The notes below the pieces were generated by a model, which was not told the origin of the DNA, searched no databases, and was given only the letters and a program-made list of their open reading frames with translations. Positions 20,858 through 29,746 of a stretch of 64,000 nt of DNA are shown here, in pieces. The translations under genes were made by a program, and so were the position numbers. The DNA is from an uncultured Acidobacteriota bacterium (GTDB taxonomy: Bacteria > Acidobacteriota > UBA6911), in NCBI GenBank assembly GCA_963827655.1, contig CAWHCF010000023.1, positions 128,001-192,000 of the forward strand, read 5' to 3'. Positions within the stretch are counted from its first letter, which is position 1. Each line of letters opens with the position of its first letter.

Positions 20858-22582
20858 CTATGAACGGCTCGCCGGGAGTTCAGGCGGCTTGAGACGCATG
20901 AACTCAACCGGTCGAACCGAAAACCTCATCTGACCCTGATCCGGAGCGATAACGATGTTTCTCAGCCAGGCCGGGTCGGGCGCGGGATAGTCCGATCGAT
21001 AGTGCGCTCCCCGCGACTCCTCCCGCATCAGCGCGCTTCCAGCAATCATTTCGGCAACCAGAGTCATGTTGATCACGTTGATCGCCTCATTCCACTTCGA
21101 ATTATAGATCGTGTCGCCGGACGACTCCGTGTCTTCCGCGCACTTCCTCAGGCGCCCGATGGTCTCGATCGCGGCTTTGAGATCGTGCCCGTTTCGGACC
21201 AGCCCGACTTTTTCCCACATCAGGTCTTCCAGATTTCGCCGCAGCTCGAACGGATTCTCTCCCGAGCCCCGATCAAGCGGACCGGCCCAGTATCGGCATA
21301 GTTCGCGCGTCCGATCCGGGGAAATCCCGCCCAATCCGACGCTACCGGCGTACTCGGCCATAGCATCCCCCGCGCGAGCGCCAAAGACAATCGAGTCTGC
21401 GACGCCGTTGCCGCCCAGTCGATTCGCGCCGTGCACTCCGCCGGCATCCTCTCCCGCGACAAACAGTCCTTCGAGATTCGAGCGGCAGTCAAGATCGATC
21501 CCGACTCCACCCATATGGTAATGCGCGCTGGGCGAGACCTCGACCCGTGAATGAACCAGATCAAAACCATAGTCGCCGCATCGCTCCACCATGCCTGGAA
21601 AATTGCGCATCAGAAAGTCCTCGCCCAGATGCGTGGCGTCGAGCAACACACCTCCGTTCTGTGTTCCCCGGCCCGCCATGATTTCCAGATAGCTGTAGCG
21701 CGAAACCACGTCGCGAGTGGCGCGCTCGAGCTTCACCGGCTCCCATTTTTCCATGTAGCGCTCGCCCAGGCCGTTGAAGAGACGGGCGCCGGCGCCGCGC
21801 AGCCCTTCTTCCAGCAATCCCCCGGTCGCCATGGAGCCTCCCACCAGCAGGCCGGTCGGATGAAACTGCATCATCTCCATGTCGACGAATTCGGCGCCGG
21901 CGCGAAAGGCCATGGCCATTCCGTCGCCGGCCTTCTCGAGCGAGGGAGAAGAAATCCGATACATGGTGGCACCCGCGCCGGTGCAAAGCAGAATCGCCTT
22001 GGCCCGGGCGGCGATGAATTTGCCGCGCCGGTTATCAAGCAGCAGCGCCCCGCAAACCCTGGAACCCTCGGTCAAAAGGTCCAGGCCGCGGCACTCTTCC
22101 AGGACCAGGATCTCCTCTTCCAGGATGTAGTCCCTGAGGTTGGACATGATCTCAATGCCGGTCAAATCTCCCTTGTGGACGGTCCGATCAAAAGATTGCC
22201 CGGCGAACGGCTTCTGGTGGATGGTTCCGTCTTCGTTTCGGTCGAACAGGCAGCCCACTTTGTTTTCCAGTTCGATAACGCGTTTCGGCGCATCTTCGAC
22301 CAGAACCCACGCCAGCCGCTGGTTATTCAGAAACGCGCCTCCCTTGACCGTGTCCTCAAAATGCCGTTCCAAAGAATCGGCCGGATGAAGCACGGCGTTG
22401 TATCCGCCTTGAACCATGCGAGTGCAGCCGCTTTGCCCGAGCAACCCCTTGACCACGATGGCGATTTTCAGGCGCCGGTTCCTTTCGTGGGCATGCAAGG
22501 CTGCCAGGAGGCCCGCGCCGCCCGCTCCCAGAATAAGAATATCCGCCTCCAGCTCGTCGCAGCCAGTCAAGGAGCGCCTCAC
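20858..22582 (-). CDS. Succinate dehydrogenase/fumarate reductase-family flavoprotein, non-canonical
   Basis: GAGGAG, SGCTRMVQGG (no FAD-linking His), QFHPTG, LLEEGLRG, TRDVVSR, HYHMGG, HGANRLGGN, REESRGAHYR. Confidence 0.9.
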   Translation of the reverse strand: MRRSLTGCDELEADILILGAGGAGLLAALHAHERNRRLKIAIVVKGLLGQSGCTRMVQGGYNAVLHPADSLERHFEDTVKGGAFLNNQRLAWVLVEDAPKRVIELENKVGCLFDRNEDGTIHQKPFAGQSFDRTVHKGDLTGIEIMSNLRDYILEEEILVLEECRGLDLLTEGSRVCGALLLDNRRGKFIAARAKAILLCTGAGATMYRISSPSLEKAGDGMAMAFRAGAEFVDMEMMQFHPTGLLVGGSMATGGLLEEGLRGAGARLFNGLGERYMEKWEPVKLERATRDVVSRYSYLEIMAGRGTQNGGVLLDATHLGEDFLMRNFPGMVERCGDYGFDLVHSRVEVSPSAHYHMGGVGIDLDCRSNLEGLFVAGEDAGGVHGANRLGGNGVADSIVFGARAGDAMAEYAGSVGLGGISPDRTRELCRYWAGPLDRGSGENPFELRRNLEDLMWEKVGLVRNGHDLKAAIETIGRLRKCAEDTESSGDTIYNSKWNEAINVINMTLVAEMIAGSALMREESRGAHYRSDYPAPDPAWLRNIVIAPDQGQMRFSVRPVEFMRLKPPELPASRS

Positions 22583-22926
22583 AGGTTCTTGAAGGCCTGG
22601 ATCCCAAGATACGCCCAGTAAACCCCGGCCGCCATCAGGATCGCGGTGCAGACTCGAGCCGCCTTCTTTCCGATTCGGCTGTAGTCCAGGATGATATTTC
22701 GCAATCCGTTCAGTCCGTGGTACAGGGCGATAACCAGAAACGAAATGTCGATGGCCTGCCAGTAGGGGTTTGAGATTCGGTCAAGGATCGCAGCATAGGT
22801 GAGCTCCCCCCGCCTGAGCGGAGCCGTCATGAAATGCTCCACCCAGAAATGGGCAACCAGAAGGACAAGCAAAAGAGCTCCGGTGATTCTCTGCAGATAC
22901 CACTCGATAACGCTTCGATACATCAC
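22579..22926 (-). CDS. SdhD-like hydrophobic membrane anchor
   Basis: WYLQRITG, VAHFW, LYHGLNGLRNIILDY; three TM helices. Confidence 0.85.
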   Translation of the reverse strand: MMYRSVIEWYLQRITGALLLVLLVAHFWVEHFMTAPLRRGELTYAAILDRISNPYWQAIDISFLVIALYHGLNGLRNIILDYSRIGKKAARVCTAILMAAGVYWAYLGIQAFKNL

Positions 22927-22940
22927 TTTCAGGTCCCGGC

Positions 22941-23330
22941 TCAGATGCGCAGGATGGAAAAGAGAAATATCGGGATGGCTCCGGCCAGAAAAATCAGGCC
23001 GCCGATCCCGAGCGCGAGCAGCCAGAACAGCTGTCGCTGTTTTTCGTGCCCCATTCCAAGGTCGATCAGCGTGATACGAATGCCGTTCAGAGCGTGCAGG
23101 ACCACGGTTCCGAGCAGCGCAATTTCCAGAAGCTTGAAGGCCGGTCTTTGGAAGAAACTCATGGCCTGGTCGAAAGCAGCCGGCCCCTGGCTCAGCTTGT
23201 TGATCGTGAGCACGTGCAGAAAAAGATAGAACAACAAGAGCAGGCCGCTCACGCGCTGGATCACCCAGGCCAGCATGCCGCTGTACTGCCAGCTATACTT
23301 CCGGACCAGAAGTCTCGCTGAGTTTTTCAC
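22941..23330 (-). CDS. SdhC-like cytochrome b membrane subunit
   Basis: AWVIQRVSG, LFLHV, LHALNGIRITLIDLG; three TM helices. Confidence 0.85.
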   Translation of the reverse strand: MKNSARLLVRKYSWQYSGMLAWVIQRVSGLLLLFYLFLHVLTINKLSQGPAAFDQAMSFFQRPAFKLLEIALLGTVVLHALNGIRITLIDLGMGHEKQRQLFWLLALGIGGLIFLAGAIPIFLFSILRI

Positions 23331-24042
23331 GGAATCTCCCGGGTCTCAACATCGCTCTTTTCATCCTGGCGATAGAATCGGTGAGATCGATGCCTTTGGG
23401 ACAGGCGGCCACGCAGTTGAACTGGGTATGACAGCGCCAGATTCCTCCGAGTTCATCATTGACGACCCGGAGACGTTCTTCGACCGCCCCGTCGCGCGGG
23501 TCCATCAGTCGCAGGTATGCCTTGTTGATCGCCGCCGGCCCGAGGTATCGGCGATTTGTTCCCGTAACACCGCAAGCCGAAAAACAGGCGGCGCACGTGA
23601 TACAGTCGCGCTTTTCCCGGGCCTGCCGCCCGAACTCGGATGACGGAGGGATGCGCGCCAATTCCTGGGAGTTCCGGCCGGAGAAATGAAAAGCCGGCCA
23701 GACCCGCTTCCATTGCGCGAAAAAGGGCTCCAACGAGACGATCAAGTCCTTGAGTACCGGAAGGTGGGGGAGAGGTTCGACGGTGATGGTTTCCGACGCC
23801 AGATTCTCGATTCCGGTCTTGCAGGCCAGGCGCGGAATCCGATTAATGTACATGGCGCACGTCCCGCACATGGCAACCCGGCAGGAATAACGAAAGCAGA
23901 GGGACGGATCTTGCTCGCGCTGGATGGCAAACAGACCGTCCAGCACCGTCATCCTTTCCTGTATGGCAACCCGGAACGATTGAACTTGTTTCGACGCGCC
24001 ACCGGGAGCGGAACGGCTGACCTTGAAGAAAACCGAGTTCAT
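23293..24042 (-). CDS. SdhB/FrdB-like iron-sulfur subunit
   Basis: SCRVAMCGTC..LAC (2Fe-2S), CITCAACFSAC (4Fe-4S), CHTQFNCVAACP (3Fe-4S). Confidence 0.9.
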   Translation of the reverse strand: MNSVFFKVSRSAPGGASKQVQSFRVAIQERMTVLDGLFAIQREQDPSLCFRYSCRVAMCGTCAMYINRIPRLACKTGIENLASETITVEPLPHLPVLKDLIVSLEPFFAQWKRVWPAFHFSGRNSQELARIPPSSEFGRQAREKRDCITCAACFSACGVTGTNRRYLGPAAINKAYLRLMDPRDGAVEERLRVVNDELGGIWRCHTQFNCVAACPKGIDLTDSIARMKRAMLRPGRFREKLSETSGPEV

Positions 24043-24052
24043 TATATAGAAC
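24037..24052. promoter_or_regulatory. Putative IclR-type operator 1, overlapping the sdhB-like start codon
   Basis: GTTCATTATATAGAAC; same 16-bp pattern at 29396 and 36526. Confidence 0.65.
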
Positions 24053-24075
24053 ACCTTTTTTATTTACGAAACAAG

Positions 24076-24105
24076 ATCATAGAAAACCGAATCCTGGGGT
24101 GTCAA
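24076..24105 (-). promoter_or_regulatory. Sigma70 promoter of the sdhBCDA-hydratase operon
   Basis: Minus strand TTGACA-N18-TATGAT, then an AAGGTG RBS. Confidence 0.65.
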
Positions 24106-24163
24106 GGCCGCCTCGACTCTTGATGTTTCTTCGTGTGTGGTTGTTTTGTTAAGATGTCGATCC

Positions 24164-24640
24164 GTGAAAACTACCCGCCGGTACATTCGCCTGACTTTCG
24201 TCACGGGGGGAGAGTCCGTCGTGGCGGAAATGCTCGATGACGAGGCCCCGGAAACCTGCCGCCTGGTCTGGCAGCTCCTGCCGCTGGAACACAAGGTAGT
24301 CCACGGACAGTACTCTGGCGCCGAAGTCTTCATCCTGCTCGATAATCCCCAGCCGTCTGCGCGTGAAAATCTGGCCCAGATTCCGCTTCCGGGAGAACTC
24401 CTTTACTTCCATGACCCGGGCGGGAACGTCATCACCGGTCCCCGGTCTATGTCCGAGATCTGCCTGGTATATGGCCGCGGCGTGGTGTTGCGCGCTCACG
24501 AAGGCGTCCCGACCTATGCCACATTGTTCGCGCGCATACCGGGTGACTGGAAGTATGACTGGACCGCTTTTGCCCAGGCCTGCCGCCGGGCACGATCCGA
24601 CATCCCCCAGCGCCTGCGCATCGAGCGAGTCGATTCTTAG
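24164..24640 (+). CDS. DUF3830 family (cyclophilin-like fold) protein
   Basis: APETC..LP....HGQYSGAE...EN....P.PGELLYF...EICLVYGRG; GTG start just after a TAAGAT box (possibly leaderless). Confidence 0.75.
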   Translation: MKTTRRYIRLTFVTGGESVVAEMLDDEAPETCRLVWQLLPLEHKVVHGQYSGAEVFILLDNPQPSARENLAQIPLPGELLYFHDPGGNVITGPRSMSEICLVYGRGVVLRAHEGVPTYATLFARIPGDWKYDWTAFAQACRRARSDIPQRLRIERVDS

Positions 24641-24804
24641 TGTTTCTTCGTGTCTTCGCGTCTTAGACGGTAAGTCGTTCGCAGCGCTAACCACTGACAT
24701 GAAGACGCTAAGGTTCGTTCAGCGACTTCAGCATACAGATGACGAAGGCCCGTTCGCGAACGCCGATAGCATGTAGCGTCTGATACGCTTATCGCTGACA
24801 GCGA

Positions 24805-25920
24805 CTACCGGATTCGGAAGTGCTCGACTTTATCGTCGTCGAGCTCAACCCCGAGGCCAGGCCGTTCAATCGGCTGAGCCTTTCCGCCGGCGATCTGAAG
24901 AGGTTCGGTGAGCAGTTCCGCTTCATAGTAAAGCGGACCGAGGATGTCGCAGGGAAACTCCTCGGCTGCAATCCCGGGCGTCGAGATCGCCAGGTGAATC
25001 ATGGCGGCGCTGGCCACTCCGAGCTCGAGGTTACTGCCCACGGTAGCGCTCAAGCCGGCAGCCTCGGCCACGGCCGCGATCTTTCGAGCCGGGCCCAGGC
25101 CTCCCCCTTTTCCCACATACACCGAGAGAACATCCGCGGCGCCCGCCCGCGTGATGCGCATCGCATCCTGGAGAGTGTAGACGCTTTCGTCGGCGATCAC
25201 CGGCACGTCGACCTGGCTTCGAACTTCCGCCAGAGAATGCAGGTCATCCGGGGCGACCGGCTGCTCGGCAAAATAAATGTCGCACTCGGAAAGCCGACGA
25301 ATCGTCTTGATCGCCGTCCGGCAGGTCCAGCCGCCATTCGCGTCCACTCCCAGCCGTACCGCCGATCCAATGGCTTTCCGTACGGCCCGCACTCGCTCAA
25401 CGTCCTGGTCTGGGTCCATCCCGACCTTTACCTTCATGGTCTTGAACCCCTGGCTGGCCGCCCAGGCAGCAATCTCGGCGGCCTTGCCGGGTTCCAGGCC
25501 GGAAACCGACCACTTCGTCGGGACGAAGTCGCGCACCGCACCGCCCAGGAGGCGATACACAGGAAGTCCGGCGGTCTTACCCAGAATGTCCCAGAGCGCC
25601 ATCTCGACGGCCGATTTCGTGAAAGGATTCTGCGCTATCGCCAGGCTCAGCTTGCCGCCAAGCCTCTCGATGTCGGTAGGGTTTTCGCCTGCGAGAAGCG
25701 GGTCGAAAAACTTTTCGATGAAGTGAGCCGCGGTGAATTGATCCTCGCCACTCCATCGAGGGGTGCATGAAACCTCGCCCAGGCCGGTGATTCCCTCGTC
25801 GGTATGCACCTTGATCAGCAGGAATGGAGACGTGGTGTGATAGCCGCGCGCGCCCTTGATGGCAAGCTGGGGCTTGATCGGAACCTGAACCGGGATGCTT
25901 TCAATTCGGGTGATCTTCAT
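24805..25920 (-). CDS. Enolase-superfamily (muconate-lactonizing subgroup) enzyme
   Basis: GLGE, MALWDILGK, KVKVG, DAN/EQP/DES metal ligands, PGLGVELD. Confidence 0.88.
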   Translation of the reverse strand: MKITRIESIPVQVPIKPQLAIKGARGYHTTSPFLLIKVHTDEGITGLGEVSCTPRWSGEDQFTAAHFIEKFFDPLLAGENPTDIERLGGKLSLAIAQNPFTKSAVEMALWDILGKTAGLPVYRLLGGAVRDFVPTKWSVSGLEPGKAAEIAAWAASQGFKTMKVKVGMDPDQDVERVRAVRKAIGSAVRLGVDANGGWTCRTAIKTIRRLSECDIYFAEQPVAPDDLHSLAEVRSQVDVPVIADESVYTLQDAMRITRAGAADVLSVYVGKGGGLGPARKIAAVAEAAGLSATVGSNLELGVASAAMIHLAISTPGIAAEEFPCDILGPLYYEAELLTEPLQIAGGKAQPIERPGLGVELDDDKVEHFRIR

Positions 25921-26008
25921 GCCGTTGAGACTTCGCGCTTAGTTCGTGGCAACAAAACCAACTACCAAGACACTAAGCCACGAAGAAACGCTAAGAACCT
26001 TGTCGAAG

Positions 26009-26073
26009 CCGACCACGTCTACGAGCACGTGCACGTCAACGTGGACGTTGACGTGGTCGCGCGCGTGGACGGC
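26009..26073. repeat. Hexamer-period (CACGTN)n quasi-palindrome
   Basis: ccgaccacgtctacgagcacgtgcacgtcaacgtggacgttgacgtggtcgcgcgcgtggacgg. Confidence 0.7.
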
Positions 26074-26128
26074 CATTGCTGACACAAACTTAAAAAACAA
26101 GAAGTACCCGCTAGCGCTCGAAAGGACG

Positions 26129-29100
26129 CTAGAACACGATTTTCAGCGCAAACTGCATCTGCCTGGCTGGACCTGCGCCGGTGATCACCCCGGTCGTCAT
26201 CTGATTGATGGTGACGTTCGGATTCTCCAGATTTACGTGGTTGAGGGCGTTGAACAATTCCCAGCGAAATTGCACGTAGCGCTGCTCGCCGAAATAAAAG
26301 TTCTTCATCAACGAGGTATCGAGAATATGGGCGCCCGGGCCGTCAATAAGCCCGACTCCGGAATTCCCGAAGGTGAAGTCTGCCGGCCGTCCTAGAGCGG
26401 CCGGATTGAACCAGAGGTTCGCGCTGGGATCGTCAAGCTTCAGATTGCCCACCAGGTCGGGACGGGCATTCAAACCGTTTCCAAGAGTGGCTCCCGGCAC
26501 GACGAAGGTCAGAGGCGTCCCGGAAGCGAAATCATAGATCCCCGAGAACTGCCACCCTCCCAGAAACGCATTGGCTACCGGGTGCAAGTCGCTGGCGTAC
26601 GGCTTTCCCCGGCCGAAGGGAAGCTCCCAGATGGAGTTCAAGTTCAACACATGGCGGGTCTCGAGTTGAGAGCGGCCGCGATCGTACCCCTCGGGCGCAA
26701 ACGGAGTGGGCCGGTCGGTAAGCAGGGCTCCGAATTCATCGATATTCCGGGCAAATGCATAGGCCAGCGAATACGACAACCCGCGGGTAAACCGGCGCTC
26801 GAATTTCAGCTGCATCGAGTCGTACCAGGAAGAACCCAGGTTATCGTAAAGACGGACAGTCCCCAGTCGCGGGTAGGGCTTGGCCGCCTGAAGGTTGGTA
26901 TAGCGTCCCGGAGCGACCTCGTTGTGGTCCTGCTGAGTGACGAGATCCCGGCCGCGATTTCCGACATAGGCCAGGGTCAGCGCCGATTGCAGAAAGGGCA
27001 GCGATTTCTGCACCGAGAGGTTCCATTCATGGATCTTCATCGGCCTGGCGTCATGGACCACCGCGGCCACCGACGGCAGGGTGAACTGCTGCGGGTCAAG
27101 CGGGAAGGCCGTCTCCCACCTTTGCAAGGAGGCCCGGGCGAATGTCTGGCGCTCGATACTCCAGTAAGGCGGCCCGATGATCGCAGAACCGACGACATTC
27201 CCATTGAAGCTGGTGGGAAACAGTCCGTATCCGCCGCGGACCACCAGGTCCGTGTTTCCCATCGGACGCCATGCTATCCCGACCCGGGGTGAAAAATGCC
27301 CGTCGGCTTCGAACAGTCCCCGCGGCATTCCGGCTTCGTCAGCCGTGATCCAGAGTCCCTCCGTGGCTTTGGCAAGAAAGGGCGCGGTGGCCTGCGCGGT
27401 CAGGTCGACGTTGCCGGATCCATCCTGGGCCGCGACCGACTTGCCGCGCGTGAGATCAAACGTGGCGCCGTTGTTACGAACGAAGGCCTTTTCGTGCCAG
27501 TGATCGTAGCGCAGCCCAAGGCTCAACGTCAGGCTGGGATGGAGCCGCCAGAAGTCCTGCACGTAAAACGCCGAATAAGGAGAGTGGGCCATGCCGAAGG
27601 TCTTGAGCGGAAAATTGCGGGCGTCGGAGGCCAGCATCCCCAACAGATAATCGGCAAAGCCGTTTCCCGTGTACTGGCCGTTGAAGGTAAAGGTCCCGCG
27701 GCTCGACTCAGACGCATGACGGGCCAGGGTTCTCCGGTCGTTGTATTCATAGCCGAACCCCAGGGAATGCTGCGCGCGGATCAGGTTGATGCTTGCCTTC
27801 CCATTGATGTCCTCTCGACGAAAGACGCCGGGGAAGTTGTTGGGCAGGGAGAAACCGGAATATCCCGGTGATCGCGACATTGGGCAGGCCCACGGCCTCC
27901 GCTCTCCCCTCGGTGGAGAATCCCTGTATTCCCGCTTGCTGGGTCAAGTTCTCTTTCCCGATCGAGGGCGAGTTCTGGAACGTATCCGAATGCAGGTACC
28001 CCAGAGCCAGATCGAAAAGCGTTTTCGGAGTGATCGTCCAGTTGTAGTTCAGCCCGACGTTGTGCTGAAACAGATCCAGGTCCTGCACGATTTCGGGCCG
28101 GTATCCAAGCGCCGCCTGGTCCTGACCCACGCGAATCCATCGAACATAAAGCCGCTGCTTGCTGGTCAACTGCTGGTCGAACCGCAGGGAGAAGTTACTG
28201 AGGTCGTTCGAAGTCGGCGCTACCGCCTGAAAGCGGTTACCGGCCGCGTTGGGTAAAAGCAGATGGGGGAAAAAGAACTTCGACGCGCTCGAGAAACGAT
28301 TGGCCGGGATCTGGTTGCCCGGGAACGGAGCGTTGGTAACCGGATCGGTGATGGTTCCCGGCAGCCTGGAGAAGTCCCCTTCCAGCATCTCAGGGAAGAT
28401 TGTGACCGCGTTGTAAATCCTTTCCTCCCGATTCTTGGTTCCTTCAAAGCTGGTAAAGAAAAATGTCCTGTTCTTGACCACCGGGCCGCCGACGGTAAAC
28501 CCGTACTGGTTTCGAATCAACTTGGGTTTGGTTGCGGCAAAGGTATTACGAGCCGCCAGAGCGTCGTTGCGATGAAATTCCCACAGGGTGCCGTGAAACT
28601 CATTCGTTCCCCCTTTGGTCACCAGGACTACCTGAATGGGATTCTTGCCATTCTCGGCGGTGAAATTCGACGTCAATACGCTGAACTGCGCGACCGTGTC
28701 GAGGTTGGGAAACGCAATTCCCTTGTCGTTGCTCGGGTCGTTCGAGTCGATCCCATCCACCAGGAATCTGGTTTGATCGTCTCTCTGGCCGAGTCCTTGA
28801 ACCGTATGCTCACGCGCGAGGCCGGCCGACACCCAGAAAGCGCATCCCGGGAACTAGATTCACGAGGGCGATGGCATTCCTTCCATTCAGCGGGAGATCC
28901 CGTATCTGCTTCTCTTCGACCACGCCTTCCACGGAGGCCTTCTCGGTCTGCACCAGCTCCACTCCGCCCTCAACCGTCACTTCCTGGGTTACGTCGCCGA
29001 CCGCCAGAACCGGGGAGATCCGTTTCTGCTCGCCCACGGTCAGCTCGAGGCTCTGCAGGCGCCAGGTCTTGAATGAAGCAAGCGACACGGCGGCCGAGTA

Positions 29101-29331
29101 GATTCCGCGCGGCAGCGCCAGAATCTCGAAGTGCCCGTTAACATCCGAAACGGTCGTCTTGGTGAGACCGGTTTCGAGATTCCTGACCGTGATCTCGGCG
29201 CCGGGAACGACGGCGCCCGAACCGTCCCTTACCGTACCCAGAATGGAGCCATCCGTACCTACCTGGGCGAGCATGCTGGGCACCGCCAGCCAGACAAAGA
29301 ACCAGACCGACAAGAATGAGCTTCTCCTCAC
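26129..29331 (-). CDS. TonB-dependent receptor (Oar-like, CarboxypepD_reg N-domain), frameshifts near 28820 and 27865
   Basis: DLPLNGRN, TKGGTNEFHG, RNQYGFTVGGP, FYVQDFWR, LGLRYD, RQMQFALKIVF distributed over three consecutive ORFs. Confidence 0.88.
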
Positions 29332-29395
29332 AACACCCTCCGCGTCAATTCGCCGTCCCTTCCAACGGATGCCAGGAAACACCGACAGACTATGT

Positions 29396-29411
29396 GTTCA
29401 TCTTATTGAAC
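29396..29411. promoter_or_regulatory. Putative IclR-type operator 2, upstream of the TonB receptor
   Basis: GTTCATCTTATTGAAC, 65 bp upstream of the GTG start. Confidence 0.65.
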
Positions 29412-29519
29412 CAGAAATCGATTACATGAATGATATCATAACCCGTCGAGCCAAGACTACATAATGGATCATTTGCGCCGATGGTTGCGAGACCTCTAAG
29501 TCTTCGATCGATCGCAACG

Positions 29520-29590
29520 ACCCGAGCACGTGCACGACCACGTCAACGTGCACGTTGACGTGCACGTGATCGTGGACGTCGTCGTGATCG
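29520..29590. repeat. Hexamer-period (CACGTN)n quasi-palindrome, second copy
   Basis: cccgagcacgtgcacgaccacgtcaacgtgcacgttgacgtgcacgtgatcgtggacgtcgtcgtgatcgg. Confidence 0.7.
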
Positions 29591-29746
29591 GCTTTCTCAT
29601 CTGGATGCGGCCGGTGGGCTCTTTACCCGGCCTTACGGCCCTGATGCGCTGCAGACACTTCGCGTCGGGTCTTCGTGGTTATACATGTTTTAGTTTTCGA
29701 CGGGAGCGCATGTCCGGCGCGATCATTTCCTGGAAAGCCATCACTT

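Noticed and set aside
20858-22582. Calling the flavoprotein NadB or canonical sdhA
   Set aside because: It has Fe-S and membrane-anchor partners (unlike NadB) and lacks the SdhA His and Thr residues, so no symbol was assigned
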